In this document: positions 1-8,492 of the stretch, one piece after another
Position numbering within the stretch: the first letter of the stretch is position 1
Layout: each line of letters begins with the position of its first letter
NCBI GenBank assembly: GCA_030698805.1
Contig: JAUYMA010000008.1
Coordinates: forward strand, 22,266 to 86,265
Direction: 5' to 3'
DNA length: 64,000 nt
Origin: Nanobdellota archaeon
GTDB taxonomy: Archaea > Nanobdellota > Nanobdellia > Pacearchaeales > GW2011-AR1
Position numbers and translations under genes: made by a program
The notes under the pieces: model-generated
Told to the model about the DNA's origin: nothing
What the model saw: only the letters and a program-made list of their open reading frames with translations
Database searches by the model: none

Positions 1-57
1 CTGAGCTGGTCGAGCAGTAGCTCCCTTTGCGAAAATTGTATTGATCTTGATAAAGCA

Positions 58-336
58 TTGTCCATGAAAGAAATGATTTCTCAAGGCAGCAATTATAAAG
101 ACTTCTGGCGGTCAGACATTAGTGCTATAAGGATAGTTTTAATTCACCCCAAGAAAACAGGAGAATGCACTAAGTTTAATTATCCTGAATGTGGAACTAT
201 AACCTTGTTCAATAAATCTGAGGACTTTCAATATTTCGGGAGTTATGTTTCGGTATGCAGATACGATGAGAAAAAAGGAGGTTATTTCAAATGCGAACTT
301 GGAAAAATAGAAGTCTCTCCCAGGCTGCTAGAATAA
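58..336 (+). CDS. hypothetical protein (92 aa)
   Basis: ORF only; no recognisable motif; followed immediately by the membrane-anchored paralog trio. Confidence 0.3.
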   Translation: MSMKEMISQGSNYKDFWRSDISAIRIVLIHPKKTGECTKFNYPECGTITLFNKSEDFQYFGSYVSVCRYDEKKGGYFKCELGKIEVSPRLLE

Positions 337-338
337 AA

Positions 339-830
339 ATGGAAAACAGAAAAGGGCAGGAGGAAATAGCAGGATTTGTAGCAATAGTCCTAATAGTATC
401 AGTTATAATAGTTATTTTTATTGGAGCCTCTTTAAATAACAAAAGCTATGATCGAAGGAACATTATCTTAAACCATTATTTGCAAAGCTTGAATCAATTT
501 ACAACTGAGTGCTCTTCCTATGGCTCTAATTATAGGGATGTTGCTGATTTAATAAGAGATTGCCATAATAATAGGAGATGTTCTTCTGGAGAAGATTCCT
601 GCATAGTATTAAACGATACGCTAAAAGAGGCAATTAACAGCACTTTAACTTATGGAGTCAATCATTCTAGAAAGGGATACATTTTCTCAGCTATATATAA
701 AAATGGAGTTCAAGAAGAGAAGATTATTGTTAAAATATTTGGAAATTGCCCTGGAGACTATTCCAAAGCGGAGGCGGCTTTTGCAGATTTGCCCGGCACC
801 ATAACTACCTCTTTGCAAGAATGTTATTAG
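339..830 (+). CDS. membrane-anchored secreted hypothetical protein, pilin-like N-terminus (paralog 1 of 3)
   Basis: Internal start MENRKGQEE followed by a hydrophobic helix (basic patch-Gly-hydrophobic stretch resembling a class III signal peptide); Cys-containing C-terminal domain ending GNC; start chosen to avoid overlap with the upstream ORF. Confidence 0.4.
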   Translation: MENRKGQEEIAGFVAIVLIVSVIIVIFIGASLNNKSYDRRNIILNHYLQSLNQFTTECSSYGSNYRDVADLIRDCHNNRRCSSGEDSCIVLNDTLKEAINSTLTYGVNHSRKGYIFSAIYKNGVQEEKIIVKIFGNCPGDYSKAEAAFADLPGTITTSLQECY

Positions 831-871
831 CAAATAAACATTTTTAAATACGCTTTACTAAAAAATTAGAT

Positions 872-1435
872 ATGAGATCTATTGAAACCTCTGCGGAAAA
901 AGAACGCAGACAAAAGAGAAAAGTTAGGATAATTAGCCTAATATTGCTATTTATCATGGTTGTTGGCACTATAGGATATGCTTTTGTACTGTTTAGCGAA
1001 AATAATATTAATGCCGGTTCAATACCCTCTGGAAATGGGCAATTGCAGACAGAAAGCGGGCAATGGATACTTCCTTTCGAAGGGCAGGGTTTACTGCTAC
1101 AAACCTCCAAAGAATCTGTCAAAGATATTCCTGTAGAGATATTCTTGAATGTCAATAATTACCGTAATCCTCCGATCTATATAGATTCGGATAATAGTAC
1201 TGTTATTTATCAGGAGATTGCATATAATCTGAATCCTTTTGTATCCAAACTTCCAATAGAGGCTTGTTATGGCCCTTGTGCGGAAAACCTGCCAGAAAAG
1301 AACTGTTCGGATTACCTAATAGTATACAACAGATCAAATGAAAATAGAGTATATCAACAGGAAAACTGCATCATGATAGAGGGAGATATAAAAGGCGTTG
1401 ATGCCTTCCTTTATAAAATATTTGAGGAAAACTAA
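872..1435 (+). CDS. membrane-anchored secreted hypothetical protein (paralog 2 of 3)
   Basis: Lys/Arg-rich N-terminus then TM helix; Cys-containing C-terminal domain; TATA-like tttttaaata ~20 nt upstream. Confidence 0.4.
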   Translation: MRSIETSAEKERRQKRKVRIISLILLFIMVVGTIGYAFVLFSENNINAGSIPSGNGQLQTESGQWILPFEGQGLLLQTSKESVKDIPVEIFLNVNNYRNPPIYIDSDNSTVIYQEIAYNLNPFVSKLPIEACYGPCAENLPEKNCSDYLIVYNRSNENRVYQQENCIMIEGDIKGVDAFLYKIFEEN

Positions 1436-1520
1436 AAAAATAAAAGTTTTTTAACGCTTAGGAGACTAAAAGTTTTTTAAGCATAGAAATCTTTAAAACG
1501 CTTGTGGCGGTAGGGTATAT

Positions 1521-2216
1521 ATGGATAAAAACGCAAAAAACAGTAAAGAAGAGAAGAAAGAAAGAAAAGTGAGAAACTTATTCTACTTGATCGCGGGCAT
1601 GATTGTGGGCCTGCTTATTGTATATATTATAGCTTCTGTATTTTTTAGCAATGTTTCCAATTGGTTTGGCAGTTTTGATACTTTCCAGCATGGACCTCTC
1701 ACATTTACCAAAGATGGGCAACAGGGCACTACTCTTTATCATGCAGCCTACCTATTTACTGGCAAAGATGGCCGAAAATTTAGATACAACATGTATCTAA
1801 TAAATGATCCTCGAAAGAATAAAGTGCCTGTTGAAGGAGACCTTATTTTTGGGGGTGAAAAGAAGATCTTTGTATCCTTAAACACTTCTAATATGCTTAA
1901 TTGTTCTGGCATCTTAAGAGATGTCTCTTTGATACCTACCTTCTTCCTTAACAACTTGTTTGAGATGGAACATGGATTCTCAGATTTTGAAGAAGCCAAG
2001 GCAAGCAATCTTACTTATCTAACCTGTGAATCCCAGCCTAATGATAATGTAATTTCTATTGAGCCAGGCACCAGAACTAAGATAGTCCGGGAGGGCAATT
2101 GCTATAGGGTAAAAGTGGCAAATTGCGAGCTTCTAGAAGCGGCAGAGAAGTTCCAGGTTCAAGCAGTAACTGATACTGTAAAGAATAGGGGCACTCTTGA
2201 AGGCGGATTGTATTAA
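1521..2216 (+). CDS. membrane-anchored secreted hypothetical protein (paralog 3 of 3)
   Basis: Same architecture (KEEKKERK, TM helix, C-terminal Cys motif EGNCYRVKVANC similar to GNC in the neighbours). Confidence 0.4.
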   Translation: MDKNAKNSKEEKKERKVRNLFYLIAGMIVGLLIVYIIASVFFSNVSNWFGSFDTFQHGPLTFTKDGQQGTTLYHAAYLFTGKDGRKFRYNMYLINDPRKNKVPVEGDLIFGGEKKIFVSLNTSNMLNCSGILRDVSLIPTFFLNNLFEMEHGFSDFEEAKASNLTYLTCESQPNDNVISIEPGTRTKIVREGNCYRVKVANCELLEAAEKFQVQAVTDTVKNRGTLEGGLY

Positions 2217-2227
2217 CCTTATTTTTT

Positions 2228-2800
2228 CTATTTAGGAATCTTTATTCTTGCTTTTCCAGATCCATGTCTCTTTGACTTAATATCGTCAACTATTGTTTTA
2301 ATGTCTGTATAAACCGGGATAGATAATATATTCAATACTTTCACGTTGACAAACCAGACTACTAAGAGCATGAGGGTGCTGCCAAAATACCATACTGCCC
2401 GATGAGCCAAGTCAAAATAAGTATAACCTTGTACAAACAGCATCGCGAAAACTACTATTCTGATTATGTTGAGGATGAAGAATGAGGCAAATAAGAACAA
2501 GATACTTTTTATCCGGGTTTTTGCACCCATTGGGGTCGAAAGATTCAAGATTAATAAGAAGTAATAAGCTGCCCCTGCGATGCATGCCTCAACCAATTGG
2601 ATAAAGTCTTCTCCGATACTAATTACTGCAAGGTTGGGTGAAAATATAACTGCCTGAGGATAGATTATATTTAATACAAAATAAGAAACATAAAAAGTCA
2701 AAGGAGTAAATATGAAATAGAATATTGAGAGATTTCCTATTGATAAAATTATTAGAAAAATGTATCTAACAAATATAAACCATGCGTCTCTTCCATTCAT
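2228..2800 (-). CDS. polytopic membrane protein, possible exosortase/archaeosortase-family enzyme (short form)
   Basis: About 6 TM helices; motifs EACIAG (cf. exosortase A-C-S-G Cys motif) and LNIIRIV (N-x-x-R motif); adjacent to a surface protein with a C-terminal TM plus RR tail. Confidence 0.35.
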   Translation of the reverse strand: MNGRDAWFIFVRYIFLIILSIGNLSIFYFIFTPLTFYVSYFVLNIIYPQAVIFSPNLAVISIGEDFIQLVEACIAGAAYYFLLILNLSTPMGAKTRIKSILFLFASFFILNIIRIVVFAMLFVQGYTYFDLAHRAVWYFGSTLMLLVVWFVNVKVLNILSIPVYTDIKTIVDDIKSKRHGSGKARIKIPK

Positions 2801-2924
2801 ACCTAAACATTAATTTAGAGGTTTAATAATTTAACGAAGAGTGCAAGATTAGGAAGTTAGATAAGATAATTCAAAAAATTCTCATGAATCTTATATCTTA
2901 TTAGGTAAAGATAGAAATTCAGAA

Positions 2925-4955
2925 TTATCTTCTTGACAATCTGACTGCTACAATTATGATTAAGATTATCAATACTAAATTAACTAATCCGATTACCCAT
3001 AGTAATGAATTATTCTTCAATGATCCAAACAGAGAAGATCCGCCTGCGCTCTTTGTTCCAGCTATATCAATAACAACATCTCTGCTTTCAGTCCTTCCCT
3101 CTGAAAGGGCATCAATAGTGAAAGTATTCTCTCCCGAAGCATCTTCATCGACATCTAGGACTATTCTTATTTCTCTGCTCTCTCCTGGCTGTAATAACAC
3201 TACTCTCTCTGAAATTGATTCTAATGTTGCCCAGGAATCTTCATTTCTTACTCCAATAATGAAGTTTGAAGAATTTAGACCTGTGTTAGTTACTCTTGCA
3301 TTGATAGTCATTTCTTCTCCTGCTTTTGCCTGAGAATCTTGTGCAAGGGATGCAGTAATCAAGACATTAGATTGCCCATTTCCACCTGGAGCATTTGCGC
3401 AAGTTACTCTCAAAGATATTTCATAAGGGTCTGAAGTAGATTCTCTATATCTTCCACTCCTGTAGTCGTATTCTGCTCCTAATCTTAGAGTATAAGTCTT
3501 GCTAGTTGCCCTGTCAGGAATATTAAATGTGAAACTCAAAGACTCTGAATCACCAGATCCCAAATCTTCTCTGATTTCCTGAGATACACTCAATCCCAGT
3601 TCTGGATTGACCAAGGATACCTTTACTTGGTCTTGTTCATCTTCTCCTACATTAATCATATCGAAATTAACTACTATTCTTGATCCGCATATTGCTTCAG
3701 TTGGACTCATTGAAACCTCATCGAATATGATCAGTTTATCTTCGTCATCTTCTTTGATTACGGAGACTTCTTCGTAAAATGCTTCTGCCAAATCAGAAGA
3801 ACTGGCAGTGCATAATCTGTCTTCTCCTAGGCTGCTGGATTTACTATAAGCTTTTAGGGCAATTCTATAAGAGCCTTCTTTGAAGTCAGCAGGCACTATA
3901 AATTCGAAAGTGGCCTTTTCTTCATCAGCATCATCAATTGATCCTATCTTAACAACTTCTGCATCCGCGCTCTCAAAATCAAGATCATCTGCTACGTTTT
4001 TACCGTTGGAATCAAATAGGCCAAACTCAACATAAACATTACTTATTTTATCAGTTCCGATGTTCTCTACATCTGCTTCAATTACTACTTTTGTAAGAGG
4101 TTTCCATTCATCTTCTTCATCAGCATCTGTGTCGATTTCAACGCTTTGTATACTTAGATTTCTTCCCACTTCTCCACTTCTGCAGAATGTTTTTACTAAA
4201 TCTAATTGCAATTGAGAAGAAACGCCGTTGCTTCCAGAGGCTATAATATTTATAGGATTGGAACCAAATTTAAGATTAGAAGTTGATGTTGCAGTAACTT
4301 GCACTGATCTGGATCCCTTTACATTTAACCCGAAATTATTATCTGAGAATGTTACGGGAATTGAACCTTCAGCAGTTAAAGTAACTGTACTTAATCCTGC
4401 ATTGCCAAGATTTGTGACATTAATTATTCCACTTTGATTAGCAGTTAAATCTCTTAATTTAACCAAGGCTATTTGAGATACTTGATTAACATTAATGTTT
4501 AATCCGACTGAATCAACTGCTACAGTGTTTCCTGCAGGGTTTTTAGCTTGAAGAGAGATTGTTTCAGAATGTGTCTTGAACAAAGCATTAGCATTTGCCC
4601 TAAATGTAAGCGTTATTTCTTGGGAAACAGTTCCGTTTTGCACTGCAAATTCATCAAGAAGAGCGCTATATGTTACTGAACTTGAACTGTCTGCTGTTGT
4701 AATAGTAAAAGTTCTTGAACCTGAGCTTGCAGAAATCAAAGATGCGAAAGGATCGCTTTTAGAGTCGGCATAGGATAATGTTAGATTGTTTATGCTGGTT
4801 GCTTCAGTATTATTGATAGCAAATCTTACATCGAAAGTCTGGCCAGTGTTTACTGAACTTGGAGCTACTACATTAATTGGTACTGAAGCCGCGCTTACAA
4901 TTGTTACTAGAAATAATGCAAATAAAATCGCAAAGACATATTTTTGTACTCTCAT
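2925..4955 (-). CDS. large Ser/Thr/Asn-rich cell-surface protein (S-layer-like) with signal peptide and C-terminal TM anchor
   Basis: N-terminal signal MRVQKYVFAILFALFLVTIVSAAS; many N-x-S/T sequons; C-terminal hydrophobic helix plus RLSRR; internal antisense ORFs are spurious. Confidence 0.6.
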   Translation of the reverse strand: MRVQKYVFAILFALFLVTIVSAASVPINVVAPSSVNTGQTFDVRFAINNTEATSINNLTLSYADSKSDPFASLISASSGSRTFTITTADSSSSVTYSALLDEFAVQNGTVSQEITLTFRANANALFKTHSETISLQAKNPAGNTVAVDSVGLNINVNQVSQIALVKLRDLTANQSGIINVTNLGNAGLSTVTLTAEGSIPVTFSDNNFGLNVKGSRSVQVTATSTSNLKFGSNPINIIASGSNGVSSQLQLDLVKTFCRSGEVGRNLSIQSVEIDTDADEEDEWKPLTKVVIEADVENIGTDKISNVYVEFGLFDSNGKNVADDLDFESADAEVVKIGSIDDADEEKATFEFIVPADFKEGSYRIALKAYSKSSSLGEDRLCTASSSDLAEAFYEEVSVIKEDDEDKLIIFDEVSMSPTEAICGSRIVVNFDMINVGEDEQDQVKVSLVNPELGLSVSQEIREDLGSGDSESLSFTFNIPDRATSKTYTLRLGAEYDYRSGRYRESTSDPYEISLRVTCANAPGGNGQSNVLITASLAQDSQAKAGEEMTINARVTNTGLNSSNFIIGVRNEDSWATLESISERVVLLQPGESREIRIVLDVDEDASGENTFTIDALSEGRTESRDVVIDIAGTKSAGGSSLFGSLKNNSLLWVIGLVNLVLIILIIIVAVRLSRR

Positions 4956-5174
4956 CTTAAATGTGTTGTAACTTTCTAATTACACTAGTTTATAAATGTT
5001 TCGTTTACCTGCAGCTTACCGACTGTGCAACTTACAATAAATGAGGAAAAAGAATATTAAAAAGAATATGTGTCCCGCATTATAACTAAGAAATTAGGCA
5101 TAATTAAGAAGTATAACGGGAAGCAAAAGATATTAAATGAAGAATAATTGAATATTATATAGAGGTTATTAAAA

Positions 5175-5540
5175 ATGGTAATAAGATCTCAAGAGAATTT
5201 GGTAGGGGCATGGGCTTTCCTTATAGGAGTAGTTCTGGCAGTAATTGTAGGTTTGCTCGCCAGCCCTATTCTGGGACCTTTGATTTTAGGCATTCTGGCC
5301 ATAGGGGGACTTGTCGTAGGATATTTTGTAGCGGAGAAAGATGTACAGACTTTTCTTCTAGCTTCAGTCTCCTTAGTAATAGTCAGCTATACTGGCATTT
5401 CAGGTTTAGTTTTGGGGGCAAACATAGGATTTAGCATAGGAAAAATACTTTCTTCAGTCTTACAAACCCTGCTTGCTTTGTTCGTTCCTGCAACGATAGT
5501 TGTTGCGTTAAAGACCGTGTTCTCTATCGCTAAAAGTTAA
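5175..5540 (+). CDS. small Gly-rich integral membrane protein
   Basis: Three to four predicted TM helices; no known motif. Confidence 0.4.
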   Translation: MVIRSQENLVGAWAFLIGVVLAVIVGLLASPILGPLILGILAIGGLVVGYFVAEKDVQTFLLASVSLVIVSYTGISGLVLGANIGFSIGKILSSVLQTLLALFVPATIVVALKTVFSIAKS

Positions 5541-6138
5541 TTATAATTCCCTTTCCATTGAATTGAAAGCGAGGGTCTTTTCTTAAAGGCAGATCATCAA
5601 ATCCTATCTCAATAATGGCAGGATCATTGCCATCATCATAAGTCATATCCACATTGGCTGACCCATATCTATAATCGCCCTCATTTTCCACTCCTTCAAA
5701 GGGTATATCTAATCTCTTAGGAGAGTATTGACGTCCAAAACAGTATAATCCTTTTACATCGTGGTGAAAAAGAGGTTTAACAATAGGATGTTTTTCTAAT
5801 TTAGCGCGTGAGACTTTTGTCCTTAAACTGGCAAATAAGATCCTTTCCCAAGGATAAATTACAAGCTCGCCCCATCCCTCTTCTGACTGAAAATTCCGAT
5901 CTGGCCTTACCCTTATTCCCTGTTGTTCTATCCTGATAGTTGTTGAAGTATAAAATCGCCCTTCGCAGATTTCAGAATTGCCCCAGAAAAAATCTGGATT
6001 TTTTGTGATAAGCTCACTATATACTGCAAAGAATTGGGGTAGAGTTACTAATGGAGCGTTCATTGTCTCCTCAGCAGAAGCTTCAGTTATAAGAGAATAC
6101 TCCAAACCTTTAATATTGCCTAAAGAAATAGTTTTCAT
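5530..6138 (-). CDS. hypothetical protein
   Basis: ORF 5530..6249 trimmed to internal start MKTISLGN to avoid overlap with the SepF-like gene; no known motif. Confidence 0.35.
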   Translation of the reverse strand: MKTISLGNIKGLEYSLITEASAEETMNAPLVTLPQFFAVYSELITKNPDFFWGNSEICEGRFYTSTTIRIEQQGIRVRPDRNFQSEEGWGELVIYPWERILFASLRTKVSRAKLEKHPIVKPLFHHDVKGLYCFGRQYSPKRLDIPFEGVENEGDYRYGSANVDMTYDDGNDPAIIEIGFDDLPLRKDPRFQFNGKGIIINF

Positions 6139-6181
6139 TTTTTTAATCAAGAAAAATGTTATATAAAGATTATTGTAAAAA

Positions 6182-6580
6182 TTAATACTTATCGTTGATG
6201 AAATCAGCCTTATCTTTCTTTGGTTCAGGGGCTTTATGAATCTGAGCAAACTTAGGCGTGGCGATAATCATGCTGTCTCCGAAACCTGCGATTGAGCCCT
6301 CTATAGCATCAACTGTCTTCTTTATCTTTGAAACTGCTCTCTTTAACTCTACAATATCCTTTGATTTCAAAGGTTTTATATCAATTACTACAATAGTATA
6401 TCCATCCCTTAAAGAATTTAGAATTTCAGTTATATCATCGTACTGCTTTATTACAAATGGCTTTACAATAACTTTATTTTCTGTTGGTTTTGTAGAATCA
6501 AGATCTATTTCCACATATTCTTCGTTGTTCTCTTTACCAAACAACCCCTTTAAATTAAATGCCATACTAAAATCTTGCAC
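6182..6580 (-). CDS. sepF: SepF-like cell division protein (DUF552)
   Basis: C-terminal domain GYTIVVIDIKPL...DIVELKRAVSKIKKTVDAIEGSIAGFGDSMIIATP aligns with the bacterial SepF core (VVLLEP...[29 protein letters not shown]); FtsZ present at 15.8 kb. Confidence 0.7.
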   Translation of the reverse strand: MQDFSMAFNLKGLFGKENNEEYVEIDLDSTKPTENKVIVKPFVIKQYDDITEILNSLRDGYTIVVIDIKPLKSKDIVELKRAVSKIKKTVDAIEGSIAGFGDSMIIATPKFAQIHKAPEPKKDKADFINDKY

Positions 6581-6631
6581 GAATAGGTATATAAATATTA
6601 CTGTGGTTAGACAAAATATATCTTGCAGTTA

Positions 6632-6982
6632 TTATTTTGCGACGTGTTTATTTGTCGAGAGAGACTTTTGCATTTCTCCTCGCAATTCATCGGATTTTCT
6701 TGCTACTAACTCTTCTTGTTTCTCAAGAGCTTTTACTTTAATTGAGGTTATTTTTCTTTTCTCTTCTAATTCTTTCAATAAAGAGTCCTTGTCTGCACGT
6801 ATCATTATCCCTCCAAGAATTTTATAAACTTCATCAGACGTTTTGGAAACTTCTGAAATCGCATTGTCGACTTCATTTGATTCAGCCTGCAAAGTTTGCT
6901 TTTCAATAAGAATACTTTGAAGTTGCTGCTCGAGAATCTGCAAATCCTCAATTATTTTTTCGATCTCTTTATTCTCACTCAT
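6632..6982 (-). CDS. pfdB: prefoldin beta subunit
   Basis: Coiled-coil, beta-hairpin, coiled-coil architecture; VYKILGGIMIRADKDSLLKELEEK matches the prefoldin beta hairpin; conserved L37ae-RpoP-prefoldin neighbourhood. Confidence 0.7.
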   Translation of the reverse strand: MSENKEIEKIIEDLQILEQQLQSILIEKQTLQAESNEVDNAISEVSKTSDEVYKILGGIMIRADKDSLLKELEEKRKITSIKVKALEKQEELVARKSDELRGEMQKSLSTNKHVAK

Positions 6983-6987
6983 TAGAT

Positions 6988-7125
6988 TTATACAGCCTTT
7001 ATTTTGACTACTTGTGTTCTAGGCTTGTAAAAGATCTTTGAGCCGCAATGGGGGCAGAGAAATCTCTTTTCAAGAACCTTGCTGCTAATCGGTTTGCTGC
7101 ATTTGAAACATTTGTATTGTGCCAT
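6988..7125 (-). CDS. rpoP: DNA-directed RNA polymerase subunit P (Rpo12/RpoP), 45 aa zinc ribbon
   Basis: Not in ORF track (under 60 aa); hand-translated MAQYKCFKCSKPISSKVLEKRFLCPHCGSKIFYKPRTQVVKIKAV; C-x2-C...C-x2-C; canonical position downstream of L37ae. Confidence 0.7.
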   Translation of the reverse strand: MAQYKCFKCSKPISSKVLEKRFLCPHCGSKIFYKPRTQVVKIKAV

Positions 7126-7155
7126 GTTATAAAATATGAATGATGATTTTTAAAC

Positions 7156-7386
7156 TTATTTATTGATCTTTTCTATGTAATAAGCTGGTCCTGCAAATAT
7201 CTTACCAGTTTTCATGCATTTCCAGATACCTGCCGCCATTCTTTTTGCCTTAGATTTTGGATGGAAAGGGGATACTTGCCTTCTCCTCTGTTCTGTCTCG
7301 ATACTGTTATATTCATGCCTGACTCTAAGTCCATAACCTGCGCCGAATTTCCCTGATGCTTTTATCTTCTTTGTTTTAGATGCCAT
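7156..7386 (-). CDS. rpl37ae: ribosomal protein L37Ae (eL43)
   Basis: MASKTKKIKASGKFGAGYGLRVR...AAGIWKC matches eL43; only one conserved Cys remains (zinc-free variant). Confidence 0.7.
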   Translation of the reverse strand: MASKTKKIKASGKFGAGYGLRVRHEYNSIETEQRRRQVSPFHPKSKAKRMAAGIWKCMKTGKIFAGPAYYIEKINK

Positions 7387-7435
7387 TTTAATATGCTTAA
7401 TGATATTCTGTTGAAAAATAGGTTTTTAAATTATT

Positions 7436-7744
7436 CTATCGCCTGCCCACTGTGTAAATTACTCGATTAATACCTTTCACTTCGTTAGTTACTCTATTAC
7501 TCAGCCTCTCGAGAAATTCCCCCCTGTTGCCCCATATGAAATGACTCCCATGGTATAATGTAATTTCTACAGGATAATAATAAGTTCTTTCGTCTCCTTG
7601 TACCCCTACACTCTTCACATTAATTATTCTTGCTTCAGCAAGGGTATAATCTATCTTTTCCCTTGACAACTCTTGCTTTAATATAACATCTGCTTCCTGT
7701 GCTAATTTCTGTAATTTTCTGATAGAAGAATACCTTGTACCCAT
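7436..7744 (-). pseudogene. guaA: standalone C-terminal fragment of GMP synthase (GuaA dimerisation domain), likely gene remnant
   Basis: NVKSVGVQGDERTYYYPVEITL...LSNRVTNEVKGINRVIYTV matches the GuaA C-terminus (RSVGVMGDGRTY ... ISNRIINEVKGVNRVVYDIS); the ATP-PPase and GATase parts are absent, and the tRNA immediately upstream leaves no room for them. Confidence 0.6.
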
Positions 7745-7785
7745 AAATATTGATGCATCGTAAAGATTTAAATTTTATCATAAAA

Positions 7786-7859
7786 TGGGGATACCCGGAT
7801 TTGAACCGGGATCGCGAAGTCCCAAACCTCGAATGTTAACCAGGTTGCACCATATCCCC
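7786..7859 (-). tRNA. tRNA-Pro (anticodon UGG)
   Basis: Hand fold: acceptor GGGGATA/TATCCCC, anticodon stem CGAGG/CTTCG, loop TTTGGGA, T-arm CCCGG-TTCAAAT-CCGGG, discriminator A; D-stem has one mismatch. Confidence 0.75.
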
Positions 7860-7896
7860 TTATAAGTAAATGATTAGAATAGGTTTTTAATTGTTC

Positions 7897-8463
7897 CTAG
7901 GCCCTATAATCGATATGGGAATCCTTGATTACATACCCTAATCTTCTTAATTGATGGATGGCCTTGGAAGCTTCTTCCAGTGCCATTGACTCGGGTCTCC
8001 CCTCGAGTTTAAAAGCAACACTTAAATAAGGCAGATTTCCCCCTTTTCTCTGCGGAAAATTCTGCTGCACTATCTCTAAAGCTTCAGCAGTATTCTTTTT
8101 GAAAGTTCCTTCAATGTTAGCCATAGATAATAAATCGTATGTTGTTTTATGGGCAGGTAAATCATATAAGAGATTTTTTTCCCTAAAATCTGCAAACACG
8201 GGGTTTATGCCTAATCTTTTACAAGCCATATGTAATAGAAGGCATCTTGCGTTATCTGCTGGCGCACCAAAATGGCGCGCTGTTAAGGCTACTGAAGGAT
8301 GGATTATTCCATGGTATCCCCACCTTTTCCATTCTTCATCCAATTCATTTGTTAATACTCCTTGAAACTTCCATTTTCCTTCAGGATCATCCAAAGTAGA
8401 AAAATCTGGCACGAATATAGCTGAAAACTTCTCTACTGCAGATAATGTTTCAATAAGGTTCAT
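7897..8463 (-). CDS. hypothetical protein, compositionally atypical (Arg/Ala/His-rich)
   Basis: 188-aa ORF, no recognised motif; amino-acid usage unlike the neighbouring Lys/Ile-rich core genes. Confidence 0.4.
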   Translation of the reverse strand: MNLIETLSAVEKFSAIFVPDFSTLDDPEGKWKFQGVLTNELDEEWKRWGYHGIIHPSVALTARHFGAPADNARCLLLHMACKRLGINPVFADFREKNLLYDLPAHKTTYDLLSMANIEGTFKKNTAEALEIVQQNFPQRKGGNLPYLSVAFKLEGRPESMALEEASKAIHQLRRLGYVIKDSHIDYRA

Positions 8464-8492
8464 TAAAACTTAAAAAAATCAGACTTTAAATA

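Noticed and set aside
4800-4955. PGF-CTERM sorting signal on the 676-aa surface protein
   Set aside because: The C-terminus has a TM helix plus RR tail but no PGF/PEF/VPXXXP tripeptide; cannot be called PGF-CTERM.
2956-4971. Several + strand ORFs (125, 69, 65, 61 aa) inside the 676-aa surface protein gene
   Set aside because: Antisense to a long minus-strand ORF with signal peptide and coherent domain structure; typical shadow ORFs.
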